A stretch of 64,000 nt of DNA from Octopus sinensis (lineage: Eukaryota), in assembly GCF_006345805.1 (NCBI RefSeq), contig NC_043008.1, positions 71,362,001-71,426,000 on the forward strand. The letters run 5' to 3'. The notes beneath the pieces were generated by a model. The model saw only the letters and a list, made by a program, of their open reading frames with translations, made no database searches and was not told the DNA's origin. Made by a program: the position numbers and the translations under genes. Shown here piece after piece: positions 25,153 to 40,504 of this stretch; the first letter of the stretch is position 1, and every line of letters begins with the position of its first letter.

Positions 25153-27001
25153 CTATCACCACTCCTCTTCTGTTTAGCCTTAATACCTCTCTCAAAACTG
25201 CTCAATGACGCGCAGTACGGATATAAAATGTTTGATAAAAATATAAATCATCTCATTTACATGGATGATTTAAAGCTCTTTGCAAAAAATGACCAACAAC
25301 TCAAGGGCTTACTAGCGATTGTCAAACAATTCAGTGATGACATCAGAATGCAATTTGGCCTCGATAAGTGTGCAAAAGCTACCTTTATCAAAGGAAAAAT
25401 GACAGAAACATCTAACGTTAACCTTGACCAGCAGAATGCCATAAAAGAATTAGACCCAGCAGAGGACTACAAGTATCTAGGGGTAATTGAAGGAGACGGA
25501 ATAAGGCATTCAGAGAAGAAGGAAAGGATCAGGAGAGAATGTTATCGCAGAGTAAGAGCAATACTCAAGACAGAGCTGAATGCGAGAGACAGGATCGAAG
25601 CGATCAATGCATTAGCCATACCAGTCGTGACTTACAGTTTCAATATCGTTAACTGGTCAATTACTGAAATATGTCAGCTTGACAGAAAAATACGAAAACT
25701 GTTGACAATGCATAGAATGGACCATCCTAAGGCAGATACAGAACGACTTTATCTGCCAAGAAAAGAGGGAGGCCGTGGTCTTTTACAACTGGCAATAACA
25801 ATGAAGAATGCTACAATTGGCCTAGACACCTACCTGAAAATGTCTGAGGACTGGATGTTAAAACTTGTCTCAAAACATGAAAACAAGAAAGCATCATACT
25901 CAGTAACAAAACAGGCAAAGGAATATCTAAGTGAATTCCGAATACAACAAATTTCGGAATTAGAGATAGACATACAAGAAACAGGCACAGAAAAAGCTAA
26001 GCGCATGAAAACCCGTGCTAAATCTGCAGCTTTAGATATTCTGAATGATAAATGGCAAGAAAAACCTCCCTATGGCAAATACCCAAAGAGAACGAATAAT
26101 GCAGATGTTGACAAAGCCCTGACCCATCAATGGCTAATGGCCTCTGGCTTAAAATCTGAAACAGAGGGGTTTATCATAGCAGCTCAAGATCAATGCCTAC
26201 CAACAAGAAACTACCAGGCCAACATATTAAAAATGAGAAGCAGTCCAACGTGTCGTGTATGCCAGCAACAAAATGAAACCATTGATCATGTGGTCTCCAA
26301 GTGCAGTCTTCTAGCGCCTACAGAATATCTCAACAGGCATGATAGAGCTGCACGATATATTCACTGGGTAATCTGCAAAAACCTGGATTTGCCCTATGAA
26401 AAAAACTGGTCGGAACACAAACCACCCCCAGTGCTTGAAAATGACCACATCTCACTCCTCTGGAACTTCACCATTCAAACTGACAGAAAGATAGATGCAA
26501 ATAGGCCAGACATCATATTGAAAGACTTCAAACAAAGAACATGCCTCCTCATTGATATGACTGTCCCAATCGATATAAACGTATCTGTCAAGACCTACCA
26601 AAAACTGAGCAAATATAAAGATCTTGAAATCGAAATCAGCAAAATGTGGAACCTGAAGACTAAAACAATACCTGTTGTCAGGTGCCCTGGGAATGATAGC
26701 AAAAGGGACTGATAGCTACCTAACTCAGATACCAGGAAACCCAAAAATGGCAGAAATTCAAAAGATAGTGCTCATGGGAACTGCTCATATCCTACGCAAA
26801 ATACTTTCTATGTAATCTCAAGGTTTAACACAAACATTTTTCTTTTTTTTTTTTAGATATCCACCAGTACAACACAAAAAACAACCAAGTATATGGCACA
26901 CTAGGCATAACAACAACGTGAACTTCCAACCTGTTGTCTCTTGAGGTCTCCGGGTGAGACTTGGAGCTAACTTGTACAAATATAAAGCAAAAGTCAAACA
27001 T
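25153..27001 (+). mobile_element. 5'-truncated R4/Dong-clade non-LTR retrotransposon: RT C-terminus, CCHC knuckle and restriction-like endonuclease; ORF 25228-26712 with one late frameshift, true stop about 26815
   Basis: In-frame upstream LSPLLFCLALIPL, then HLIYMDDLKL, FGLDKCA, YKYLGV, RLYLPRKEGGRGL, ETEGFIIAAQDQ, CRVC..ETIDHVVSKC, RHD, NRPDIIL..LIDMTVP..K..KYKDL. The shifted frame continues GALGMI..QKIVLMGTAHILRKIL*. Confidence 0.96.
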
Positions 27002-27013
27002 ATAATAATAATG

Positions 27014-27068
<55 letters not shown>

Positions 27069-27082
27069 TAATAATAATAATA

Positions 27083-27545
27083 ACCATACTCTGGGATATG
27101 CCGATACACACAGATAGAGAAATTAAGGCCAACCGACCAGATATAGTTGTCTGAGATCATGAAGAAAAAAAAGGCTTTCTAATTGATGTATCAGTACCAG
27201 CATCTGACAACGTGTCTCTAAAAGAAATGCAGAAACTTTCAAAATACAAAAACCTGGAAATATAGGTAACCAGAATGTGGAATCTAAAAACAGAAACAAT
27301 TCCTATCATAGTAGGTGCATTAGGCATGATAAAAAATATTCAGACAAATACATAACAAAAACACCAGGACTTACAAACACATATAACATACAGAAAATTG
27401 CACTACTAGGCACTGCACACATCCTACGCAGAACACTTTCCATACAATAACCATCAGAGCATCACAACAAATCAAAGCACATACCTAAGGCACACAGAGC
27501 TGCGCTCAGTAGTGAAGTGAAAGTACGCTATAAAAAATAAAACTA

Positions 27546-27548
<3 letters not shown>
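27083..27548 (+). mobile_element. Second, shorter R4/Dong-like 3' fragment of a different subfamily, flanked by (TAA)n on both sides
   Basis: TILWDMPIHTDREIKANRPDIVV..LIDVSVP..KLSKYKNLEI..MWNLKTETIPIIVGALGMI..QKIALLGTAHILRRTL; its 3' UTR differs from the first copy. Confidence 0.92.
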
Positions 27549-27624
<76 letters not shown>

Positions 27625-27631
27625 TAATAAT

Positions 27632-27713
<82 letters not shown>

Positions 27714-27750
27714 TTAATAAAACTAATAATAATAATAATAATAATAATAA
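27549..27750. repeat. (TAA)n microsatellite
   Basis: Direct reading. Confidence 0.95.
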
Positions 27751-28541
27751 TTCTTATCTATAACATTATCCATATACATTTAATACATTTCCCATTACCC
27801 TCTCTTTTACTTTTATTTTTCAATATTCCCTTTTCTCCAACCTCCCCAAAATACTAAATACTTCTTAGATGTCTCCCCTACACTAGTCTAATTTCCTTTC
27901 CTTTTCGCCCTCTCTAATTCATTACTTCATCTCTTCTATATATTTTTATTACTACATCTCTGAAATTATTTTTTCTTCCTTTTCTTAACAGTACACTTCG
28001 TAAGTATAATACAACCTTAATCTTCTTAATTGCAATCGTATTCATATCTTTCCTCATTTTCTCCTTTATCATTATTCATGTGGCCACAAATACGGCTTTT
28101 GAGTAAACAAGATCCTTAATATTCTTCCAGTTCATTCTTTCAAATTCCTTTTTCTCACCCTATATTTTTCATCACTGACTACATAAACTTTCTATTATAA
28201 GTTTTACAAGCCTAAGTTTTTTACGCTAAACTTTTACTATCTTTTTATGATTCTTAAGTAAAATACCAAGTATTGTTTTCAACGCTTAGATTTTATTTGC
28301 ACTAGGTACCGTTTTCTCATAGGACATTTCTCTAACACGCCCTATGCTTTGTATATGGAGTTATAATTAGCCAATATATACTAACCTATAGAGAGAAAGT
28401 TAACGATATTTCTATATGTATATCATCCCCTAACCGTTCATCCGTTAGTTGTGGTTTAACAATTGACATGACACCCACCACTATTACGCAGGGATAGGAA
28501 CAAATAGATATGATACTCATAGGTCCAACTTCATTGATCCG

Positions 28542-28620
<79 letters not shown>

Positions 28621-28624
28621 AACA

Positions 28625-29393
<769 letters not shown>

Positions 29394-29517
29394 TACATAC
29401 GCACGTATGGATTGATTTACACTTTGTGAGTCGCCTAGGTGAAGGTATCCGTTGATGAAAGGCCCGAAGCTTGTTATGATTCAAGGAAATATATATATAT
29501 AGATATATATATATTAT

Positions 29518-29581
<64 letters not shown>

Positions 29582-31888
29582 TATATGTGTGTGTGAGAGT
29601 GTATGAGTGAGATAGTGAAAAAATATCATGTATGTATGTTTGAGTGTGTGTATGAGCGTGTTATATGTAGCAATCCTAAATAGAAACCCAGTGAAAATAG
29701 CGACAATGATTATTATATAAGACCCAAAAGTCTACACAGAACGAGTGTAGACACGCACATTCAGAAATGTATATGTCCTCTCCACATATATTAAAAACAT
29801 GCGTAATCGAACTACAGCAGCTTCGAGGAAAGAATGAAAGGAAATCAATAAATATTAGTATAAAATAACTAACAATCATGAACAAAAAAAAACTTGCTTT
29901 CATTCCTCGAAAGGATATAACAAGCCAATCGGAAAGCGTAAATATCTGAAGGGGTTTTGATTACGGCACATAAACGAAGACCCATCAACGCCACCACCAC
30001 ATTCGCAAACTACAAAAATCTTTTCCTGAAAAGGGTGATTTAGCATATGATGACGAGGAAAAAGATGAGAAAATGAAGTATGAATTATTCACATTATTTC
30101 TGGCATCACCCAAATGAGTATAATAAGAGATTTGCCACATTAGAATATTTACCAGCGTCACAGAATATATTTCAGCAATGTAGAATATATTTCAGCAATA
30201 TAGAATATATTCTAGTATTATAGAATATATATATTTTAATAATATAATAGAATACACACAGAAATGTTGTCGTGGAAGGGGCAAGAGAATATAATTTGGG
30301 ACTTGTAGAACGACACAAAGAGGGAATTTACCGACGTTTCTTTTTAAATTATTGCAAAAATTATCAGCACGAACGGGAAATGACAACAATGCTTTCAAAT
30401 TTTGGTTGAAGGCCAACAATTTTGTGGCTGAAGGATAAATCGGTTGCATCGACCCCTGTATTTTAATGTCATTGTACATCATTTATTCTGAAGTGATTGA
30501 ATTCAATATTGACCTCTACGTGATTTGAACTTAGGACGTAAAGCTCCAAAAGAAATAGCAGAAATCATGTCATCCAATATTCTAACGCTTTTGACAGCTG
30601 CTGCTGCTGCTGCTACTGCTGCTACTACTACTACTATTACTACTCTAATATAATAAGAGCAGCAGCAATAGTGTGTGACAGGGTTGTAATTACAGGTACA
30701 AGCCATCCGACGTAGTCCTACGGCAGTCCAATCTCTTTTGCAAAATACGTGTCTACAAGAATCCATAACATTGTTATTTTGACTAAAGCAGGTCGTGTTG
30801 AGATGGAACCCACGACAACGTGACGGCGAAACTAACATTTTACAAATCTGCCAGCCTCAGAATATAGATTTCTAGACAATATATATATAATGTTTAAAAA
30901 CGAAAAAATTATTTCACTTGGTGATCGCTCACCACAATGATAACATTCAAAATAGCTGTACTTTAATCAGAACATATGTGATTTTGCTCCAACAGCGCTA
31001 GCACAGCCGTACTTGATAAATGACACCGAGGAGCATGCACAACTGTGTGGTTAAGAAGTTCATTTCTCAATCACCTGATTTTGGTGTCCATTACTCTGTA
31101 CTGTAGATTTGCTAAGTGTCTTCTACAATAGCCTCAATTATACCATTAATCTCTTATTCGAATTGGTGGAAGGAATCTGTGTGGAAGTCCGTCTTACACA
31201 TGCGTGAGTGCCTTCGAATATGAAATTGTACCTCCGCAATCTGATATGCATTTTTTACGACACCGAAATGTTAGTCAGAAAAATAAACGTTCAGAATAAT
31301 TACCAGACTTATAATAATTGATGGTAGTAATTTTGTCTGAATTAATTTCTAGAGGCCGTACCCCAGCATGGCCGTACTCTAATGACTGCAACAAATAAAA
31401 GTGAAAAATGAAATAACTGAACGAGAGAAAATATTATAAGAAAACAAGATTTCTTTATTAGTGATATCAAAACGACCTGCAGGAATCAACAAAACAACCA
31501 ACAAATTGTGTTATTGAATCAAGAGTTACTTTAGACATGACAAATATAGACACATGCACATATCGTCGGAAATCCGCCATCATAGGAGAGAGAAAACAAA
31601 GAGACCTGAAGGAAAACAACCCAAACTACAAACAGTAACACACAATCAATTAATATATAGTTTACACATATAGTAACCACATATAAAGTGGTAGTAACAT
31701 CGCAGCATTTGTACTGAGTATTATAGACTGGCCGGAAGTAATAAAAAATCGATTGCAAAATAAATAAATAAAAGTTTCTTTACTCAACCCAGGAAATGGC
31801 GGAAATACTTGCCCTGAGGTAGGCATACAGACATACAGATGATATACATACTTACGCATGTGCGTGTGTGTGTAAAAGAACACACACG

Positions 31889-31932
<44 letters not shown>

Positions 31933-34900
31933 TGCATTGTGCGTCCATATATGTATATATATACATGTGTGTGTGCGTGTTTGTATGGACAGACAGAATA
32001 AAATTAATTTTCGTACTTATATATTTCAATTTCACATAGTTATACATGAATGCATAGTTACAGCTTTCTGCATTTCTATGCATACGCTCAATTGTGAATA
32101 CATGAACAGTTCTACAATACAGACAGACATGCAATTCCCAGGCGGGTGAAACAGGGTACAGTCAAAGAAAGGCAGATAAAATTACACACATTTCACACAT
32201 ACACATTTACATACATATATTCATACATAAATGTATGTGTTTGTGTGTGTGTGTTTGTGTGTTGTGTGTGTCTGCGTGTGTTGAGTGTGTTTACTGTAAG
32301 TAGTAAATGCTACACACAAAACAACAATTGCAAAACCGTGCAAGGACAACGATATTAACTATGATGATGATGGTGATGACGATCACGGTGATGATAATTT
32401 AAAAAAAAAATATTTCAATTGTTATGCTTCTCAGAGCTCTGGCTATTAAGTGTTTTCTCACCGGACTACTTTATCGAAAAATATTTATTTTCGTATTTGT
32501 AACAACAAAGGGTTTCGAAACATTTTAAAAATCACTCTTTCTCTCCGGGTCAAAGTATAAGCAATGATCGTTTAGTAGTGTCTTAAATGGGAACCTTTCT
32601 ATTTACATAGACAGTAGCTGGACCTACATGTGACAACATCGAATGGGACTCCAAGATTTTTGAAAATTTAAATAAGACGCGGAGAAAAAAATTAAATGCA
32701 TATACAAAGAGAAACGTGACAGTCAAAGACGGCGTAAGAATTTGACATGTAAACATGCAAACTGAAATGACAAAGAAATCACAAACGATTATAGCACGTC
32801 ACTCTTTCTTAGCATTGAGAGTAAAATATTGATTTGGCACAAAACTGGAAAAATTTGAAATCCGAACGTTAAGTCGGAAGAAATGGCGCGAAGCATTTTG
32901 TTGGGCGTGCTAACGTTCCTGCCACATGCCCGCGCTTCTTAGGTGAAAATGTTAAAGTGATATCAAACAACTTTGGGTAAAGGATGAGATTCATTACTTA
33001 AGGACTTTATCCAGAAATTGGCATAAAGGAAGTTTGTGTAATCTCTTATGAAACTTTGATGGTTTCTATATAAAAGTTAAAGGAATTTCTGGCTGGTGCG
33101 TGATGGCATACGAACTGTGCCAACCATAACATGATTTTTAAGATGTATGTATATTGTTAAATGCGATAATCAAGTGAGGACAGGGTTGATTATTTTTTTA
33201 ATAAACTGTACCCGGACCATTAATGCTAAACATAAGCTCTAAGCGAAAAATACATGCTCATACGTTGGCTACGAATGTGTCTTAATTTTCGTGAGGCAAT
33301 AAAATTATTCATGTGCGCGTAGCAGTTACTGTCGACAAGTGTTTGTATATAACTACCGGGTAACACTCAAAAAGTATATAATTATCTCGAAATACAACTC
33401 CATAGTGGAAACGGTGAAGAGGAGAGTCAGAATAATGGGTCAGAACAAAATATCTAGTTGCCAAAAATGTAATAGCAAATGCTTTGCACCGTAGACCTTC
33501 ATTCAAATAAGGAGATTTTGGTTTTGCATGCATTAAAATTTATTCTACGCATGCTGTTGGATCCTATTTAAACGAAATTTGATGTGAGGAAACATGGTGA
33601 AGTCTTCAAAATCGTCAAGCGTCAAAATCGAAGGTTTCGCTGGTGGCTTATCTGATTCAGTTCTGCTTAGGATTATTTAGGTTTCTTTGGTTTAAATAGA
33701 AATATAACCAGCTTGACTTGATGCTGGAAAAACAAAGCTCATACCAATACAAAGTAATTAACTCTAACCAGAATTGAATCTATTCTGTATTCTTTATATT
33801 TATGTTTAATACATAGGATAGAAGAGAAATACTTTTTCATTCACACAAAACACGAAACAAACAACATCCCAGTAGTTACTCCTAGCTTAAAAACAGTATA
33901 AGGAAAAGATGTATAATTGAAGATGCTTCTTATTTTTTTTAGAAAAAGAAGGCAAGTTTGAAGGGCTGAATGGCAGATTCATGATGTAAGTAAACGGCCT
34001 GATTACAATAACACGAACTGAGTGAATGAGAACAGTCGTTACAGTAAAAGCAGTTAGATTCCAACGCGATAGTAATAATAGGAATAGTTGCGGTGTGACG
34101 AGAATAAAATGAGATAGAACAGAGGAAATATACATATAGACACAATTACACTAAGAAGATAAAAGTTGTGGCTTAAAATTAGGTGGAATGGCACCAAGAT
34201 TCTGCTTAAATTCTTAATGCTATTGTATAATCCCATATCATTCTTGATTGACGAAAACTTGTCAAAATCTTTCATCTTATCACAATTCCGTCTGTTTGAG
34301 ATTACCACTACAGTACAAATTATGTTTTCCCTTTTATACTTTAATTGAAGGGTTTGGTTTGAGGACAATTTGGTTCCTATTCCCCGAAGAGGTAGCGACT
34401 ACTTAGAGACTCCATTTTAACTGATATAAGAGATTGTTATCAGTGCCAACTGACCATGTTAATAGAAGCGTGAATATGTGATACGATCGTTATAAATACT
34501 AAGTAGTAACGATGATCTATTTTGATTTTCAAAATGATAGAAGAAATATGAATTATTGATAAGTATGTGGTGTCGATCAGTGAACTGAGGAAATTTTGAG
34601 ACTTGTTAGTGAATGGCATCACTTTACATCACTATGTTGCTCTGAGGTTGCAATTTTATTTTCTGCCATAAGGACAGGGGAAGAAAATCAAAACAACTGT
34701 AAAAGGCTACGAGTGAGAGACGAAACGAGGTCTGCTTTGCAGAGTTGACGAAAATTATCATCATCGTCGTCTATTGTTAAATTCCACTGAGACAGATCAG
34801 TGGACGTTTTATGCGACAAATAAATAAATACAATAAAATAATGACAGAAAATGAAGAGAAATAAGAATCAGAAGAACAATAATAATCACTGCAACATAAA

Positions 34901-35169
34901 TAATAATAACTTTACTACTAATACAAGATCGATAGAATGTGTGGGTATGAGTAAAATATCAAATTAAAAAGCAAGACATAGGAAAAGTAAAACTGTTAAA
35001 ACAATTGAAACTAAAATATAATTGCACTATACTCTTTTCTCTTGGTGTGTTGTGGGGTTTTCAGTGAAATTGCCTCCATTAGATTTTCCTTATACAGGAG
35101 AAGAGGAAATAACTTATCTCTCACATGACACCGATATTCAAATTCAAAATACCCACACTTGCGTACCCT

Positions 35170-35266
35170 ATTTTTCAAATAATTTCTTTTCAAATGTGTG
35201 GTCAACCCGTGAAATGATATATTTAATGTAGCTGCTGTTGCTGTTATTGCTGCTGTTGTTGTTGAA

Positions 35267-35304
<38 letters not shown>

Positions 35305-35306
35305 CA

Positions 35307-35350
<44 letters not shown>

Positions 35351-35835
35351 ATCGATGACAACAACAACGATGATGACGACGATGATGATGATGATGACGA
35401 TGACGGTGACAATGATGATGAGGATGATGATTATGATGATTATGGTGGTGGTGGTCACGATTTTAAAGGTTTGATAGTACTACTATTGCTGCAACGTATC
35501 AATATTCACATAAAAATACAACGCCTGGTACTGCTGATACTACTACTATTGCTACTACTGCTACTACTGCTACTATTACTACTACTGCTGCTGCTGCTCC
35601 AACTACTACTGTTACTACTAAAACTACTTATATTGCTACAATTGCTAGAATTACTATTACTGCTATTGCTACTGCTACTGCTACTGATACAACTACTGCC
35701 GATAGTAGTAGTAGTAGAAGTAGTAGCAGTAGTAATAGCAGTAATAGTAGTAATTCTAGTAGTCGTAGCAATATAAGTAGTTTTAGTTTTAGTAGTAGTA
35801 GTAGCAGCAGCAGTAGTAGTAGTAGTAGTAGTAGT

Positions 35836-35923
<88 letters not shown>

Positions 35924-35940
35924 AGAATAATAATAATAAT
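35170..35940. repeat. Compound trinucleotide array (GAT/GAC, CTA/CTG, TAG/CAG, TAA) containing an inverted duplication centred near 35700
   Basis: Direct reading; see findings. Confidence 0.95.
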
Positions 35941-37873
35941 AGTTGGTAATATAAATGAACAAAAACCGTCACAGCATCAACAACAATAAGCTGTTTTGTT
36001 GGTAGCACACAAAGCCATTTCGTGAAGTGATTTCATGCTTAACTGCGTCTTCATCCACAATTAGCTAAAGCTGCTAGGTATTTTCTGTTAGCTGTGCACC
36101 CAATCATGAATCGTTTCCACTAAATACTGCTGATGCTTCCATTTTATATGCTTCACTGATTCGTCACTGTTTTCTTTAGTTTTGCTTTTGGGACTTTGTT
36201 TAGACTATGTTCAGTTTGTTTGTTTATTTCCCTTAGTTGTTGTTGTTGTTGTGATTGTTGAGGTTGTTGTTGTTGCTGTTGTTTTATTTGCATTATTTCT
36301 TTGCTTCTCATAATAGGATGCAGCATTTTGTATATATTAACTTTTGCTCTTATTGCTTCTTATTGCTTATACACTGACAGATAAGTTTTGGAAACTTATA
36401 GATAGTGAGAAAAAAAGAAACGAAAAGGTATTTTAAAAAACTATAAATATAAAACAAATTTTGGTTAAGCAAACATTATAATATATTGGTTATTGTATAA
36501 TAAATTGCTGATTAATGATTAATGATATATGTGTGAGTAACAAAATGGCGAAGTTTTAATGGAGAAGCTATACCAAGATTGAGCGACGTTCATGCTTTTC
36601 TCGTCTTAGTGAATATTAGAAATATAGGTGACTTCTGAGAAATATATGCCAGAAAATAAATATAAAAAAAGGTGGAATGTATTGGACGTTTGTCATAAGA
36701 CAACTAAATGAATTAAAGTACCTAGCTTCTTTAATTGTTATAAGTTCAAATTCTGTTCTGTTATATTAATTTTCGTCAGCAACACATTGAAATATATGCG
36801 CAAGTCGATTACTAAAAATGTAATTTCAAATCATTAAACATTTAATTAAAAAATTGAAAATTTCCACCAATATTTAACCCAATAAAGGATCGAATTTCTA
36901 GTTTGTAATCGACCCGAATTTCAAGTTACCATTGATTCATACGTGTAAGTCTGCCACCTACATAAACCTGTATATAAGCAGTAAGCCCAATTAAAGTATT
37001 TTAGTGATTGCATAAATAATATATTATATAGTAAAGCTTATGTACAAGGTGTAGAGTTCTTAGAAATTTTTTTATCTTAACATTCAAAAAGCAGATTCTC
37101 GAATTATGGTTAAATTATGCACATAACAAAAGTCTCCGAAAGAAGATGCAGAACACTTAGATAATGAACGATCCCCATCATTTATACGAACTTTGCACTA
37201 TGCAAAATAATAAATCTAAAGGAATTTCGTGGCACCAGTTTCAGCAAGATGTACCTATACAACATTGACGCAGCATGGATAGTGGTAAATATCATTAATA
37301 TCATATATGCTAATGACACATTACAAGGTTGAAATCGCGATGAGACAGTATTTACACTGAGAACATGTCCCTTGCAATTGTAAGTTCTGTTCACACACTG
37401 TAATACTTGTGTTTGCTGATGAATAACAGATTACTCGTCACTCAGCAGTTTTAAAATAAAAGGCGTTCAGGCCGTCACCATCCTACATGTTTGTATATTT
37501 GTGGTCAAATTGTCAGGTACATTATTACTTTAAGGTGTCATCGTTTTAAATGTGTGAATTTGCTTGTTGAGGAACGGTGAAATATTTGGACCATGTGTAT
37601 CACAATAGAGTGGTTAAAGGTGCGAAATTTATAGTGTGTGATGATAGTGTAGACATCAATAAAGTCGATCATTTGTGGTGTGATTATATATATATATATA
37701 TATATATATCACTAGGTAACGTTCCTTTTTAAATGTTCCATGTGATCGATTGTAATAATCTAATAATTTACGACAACATATTCTTCCAGACAACATAAAA
37801 TGTAGAGTTCCATGCAAAAATATCATAGCAAGACCAAACAATATTTGAACTCGTTATTCCGTAAATCTGTAGT

Positions 37874-38191
37874 TCATGAATTCAATAAATTATTTCTGAA
37901 ATGCCTACACAAAGTGTCGCAACATCTTTCGTATAAGGTCCCAGAAACGGAGGTCGTTAATCGTGTACCGTACTTCAACAAACACTCTTCTTTTGAGAGT
38001 CCAATTAAGATATTATGGCCACCCTTCAGGAATAGAGCAAGGGTATCTTCGGAATCTTCTTTAACTACATCGAAGTGGTTGACTGAAATTGTTGACTCGA
38101 ATCCATGGACTATTTCATTATTATGAACCGTAAAGACTGAATTTCGAAATGAGTTCATGATTTTCTTGACTTGGCCATATCTATTCATCAT
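37874..38191 (-). other. Exon-like non-repetitive island with 105-codon ORF; coding status unresolved
   Basis: Complex sequence, less AT-rich than its flanks, open on both strands; no family motif recognised. Confidence 0.25.
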
Positions 38192-39209
38192 ACAAATACA
38201 ACTTATGAACGTTCACTCATAATTCACCCATACATTATCCGTTACTTCCACAACTCATATATTTAATATACAACTAGTATATCTTCCTTGTACCGCTAGT
38301 TCTATCTATTTATCAACCTCTCTCCACAAATGCAGCTGAATACAGACTGTCTACTCACTCGAGCTTACTGCTGCGTTATCTGACGAGCAATGAGAAGTGA
38401 CACATTTTCTTAGTGTTTACATTATTATTGTGCTTTTTGTTGTTTTTAGTTCTCACAGTTATTGTTTCAAAGTTAGCTTCTTATATATAATTCACAACTC
38501 ATTTTGTTTCAGCATAAATAATTCATTTTTCTTCTTTAACCCCGTTGCAATGTCTAATATCAAATTTACATTATCCAATCTTAAACTTACAAATAGCTGA
38601 CGGCTTTTAAACAAAAGAACTTCTAGGATATAATGCATACATACACACTCATACATCTATAATATTATTTATTTATATCGTTATTTCACACTGAGAGATA
38701 TATTATCTGACAGACAATCAATTCATTTCATTGTATGACGTCTTCCATTTAATGATCGTCACTTATTTGTCCCCAAACATACACCGATTTGATAAAAAAT
38801 AAACTGCAAGATACTTAGACACTAATTATAATTTAGCAAGAAATTAAATTCATGAAAACTTTCTAAGTATTTTAGAGGCTTTGAATGTGTCTCTATATTA
38901 AGAGTGTCATTTATTAATTGTAGCGAAACAAAATTTAACCTATAAGTTTAAGTGAGAATATCGCTGCACGTGAATAACATACTCCTAAAGGATATGGTCC
39001 TTGAAATGCCAACACTATAACCAAAATTAATACAATATTCCTGGGGAGCATAACATGGCAGCATATAATGAGAGTTAAACAAGCTAATATTAACTGTCGT
39101 CCAATGTTACCACCGACACCAATTTACTACTAGTAGTACTGCTGTTGCTGTTGTTGTTGTTGTTGTTGTTGTTAAGCAACAAGGCGGGTAAGGGCGATTA
39201 GGTGATGGT

Positions 39210-39468
39210 CTAGGGCTTAGGGGCAGGAGACCCCAGATTTTGGAAAAAAAACTTTTGTCGTCTTGTTGTAGTCGAGCGCTCTTCGTTGACGCCCGACACC
39301 ACTGGGATGTGGCCCTCGAAGTCGCTGGAAATGGAGATCTCCAGGTCCAAACTCTTGAACGACTGCTGCTGCTGCGACCGCTGCGGATGCTGTGTTGTTA
39401 CAACCAGTACTACTTTTACATGCCCTTCTGCGAGAATCCTTTCCTCACATCTTTGATACTGTGAATCA
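39210..39468. other. GC/CpG-rich exon-like island; strand and frame unresolved
   Basis: Long pyrimidine tract plus CAG acceptor on - (AG at 39470-39469); an alternative pyrimidine tract plus TAG on + (about 39252-39272); several frames open. Confidence 0.35.
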
Positions 39469-40504
39469 CTGCATACGCAGTCAAAAGAATAGAGGAAGAA
39501 AAGGAGAAGAAAGAATACGCAAAACACAACCAAATATTATAGACGATTGACCAGTCATGAGCACGCAACCAAAACGACTGACCTATATACATCAAAACAT
39601 AAAACAAACAAAAGAAAAAAAAAACACAAACAACCCTGGCGCAGTTCACGCCTCAAAAGATTTTGACACCAAATAATAAATAATAATTGTTTAAGTGAAG
39701 TTAAAAGTCTTTGTATGTTTTACACAAATTATTTGCCTGGCAAGTACACCTCCGAGATTACTAGTTATATTAAAATCTTTTTTCCCTTCTTCATCTTTCG
39801 CAATCGCTACATTCTTTTTTCCCTATTTTTCACTTGAAATAAAAAATTTGACATTAAATCTTACTTTAAAGTAGAACATGGGAGATGTGTCATTCATTAA
39901 TATATATTTTATAATACATATGTACATATAATAAATTACTTTGTTTTATTGACTGTTGCATACATATAGCATTCAGCAGAATTGTGAACACACAGCCAGA
40001 GGGTTTCACGACATGTAGAGCAGCGAATAAAATGCAGCACGCTATTCTGAACTAATCTTGATTCCGACTCGAAAAACGAACTTTTAACCAGCTTCGCTTC
40101 CACTTGTGACACCATATCGGCTGAAGCGAAATTTGCCTAAGCTTGTAGATTATAGTGGGCACTTGCCACTAATAAGGCACAAATACGAAGAAATCCCAGT
40201 TCAAGCAGTTTCACCGCCGCTGCTGGACGACTTTTTCCGTGCCACTGATATATGCTTTTCAGCATTATATGTCTATGCATGTTGGTTCCTCAAGACAAAT
40301 ACCGTAGCTTTGTCGTTTTCTTACCTTATATGCACGTAAATAAGATATATATAGTGATATTCTGAATTAATTAAGTTTACATCGTTAACAACACACACAC
40401 GCACGCAAACATACGCGTACACACACACACACACACACACAAATACGCATACACACACATACGCATACACACACACGCTCGCACACATATATATTCTATC
40501 GTTT

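Noticed and set aside
29445-29480. TTGATGAaaggcccGAAGC hammerhead-like motif
   Set aside because: Two core changes and no stem I; at most a decayed PLE end.
34700-34805. GAAACgagGTC..TTGACGA as a type II hammerhead, and a ccactga/tcagtgg hairpin
   Set aside because: Stems I and II do not close on the core; a 7-bp hairpin is expected by chance.
36540-36552. YY1-like AAAATGGCG site (also near 45412)
   Set aside because: Isolated short motifs with no promoter context.
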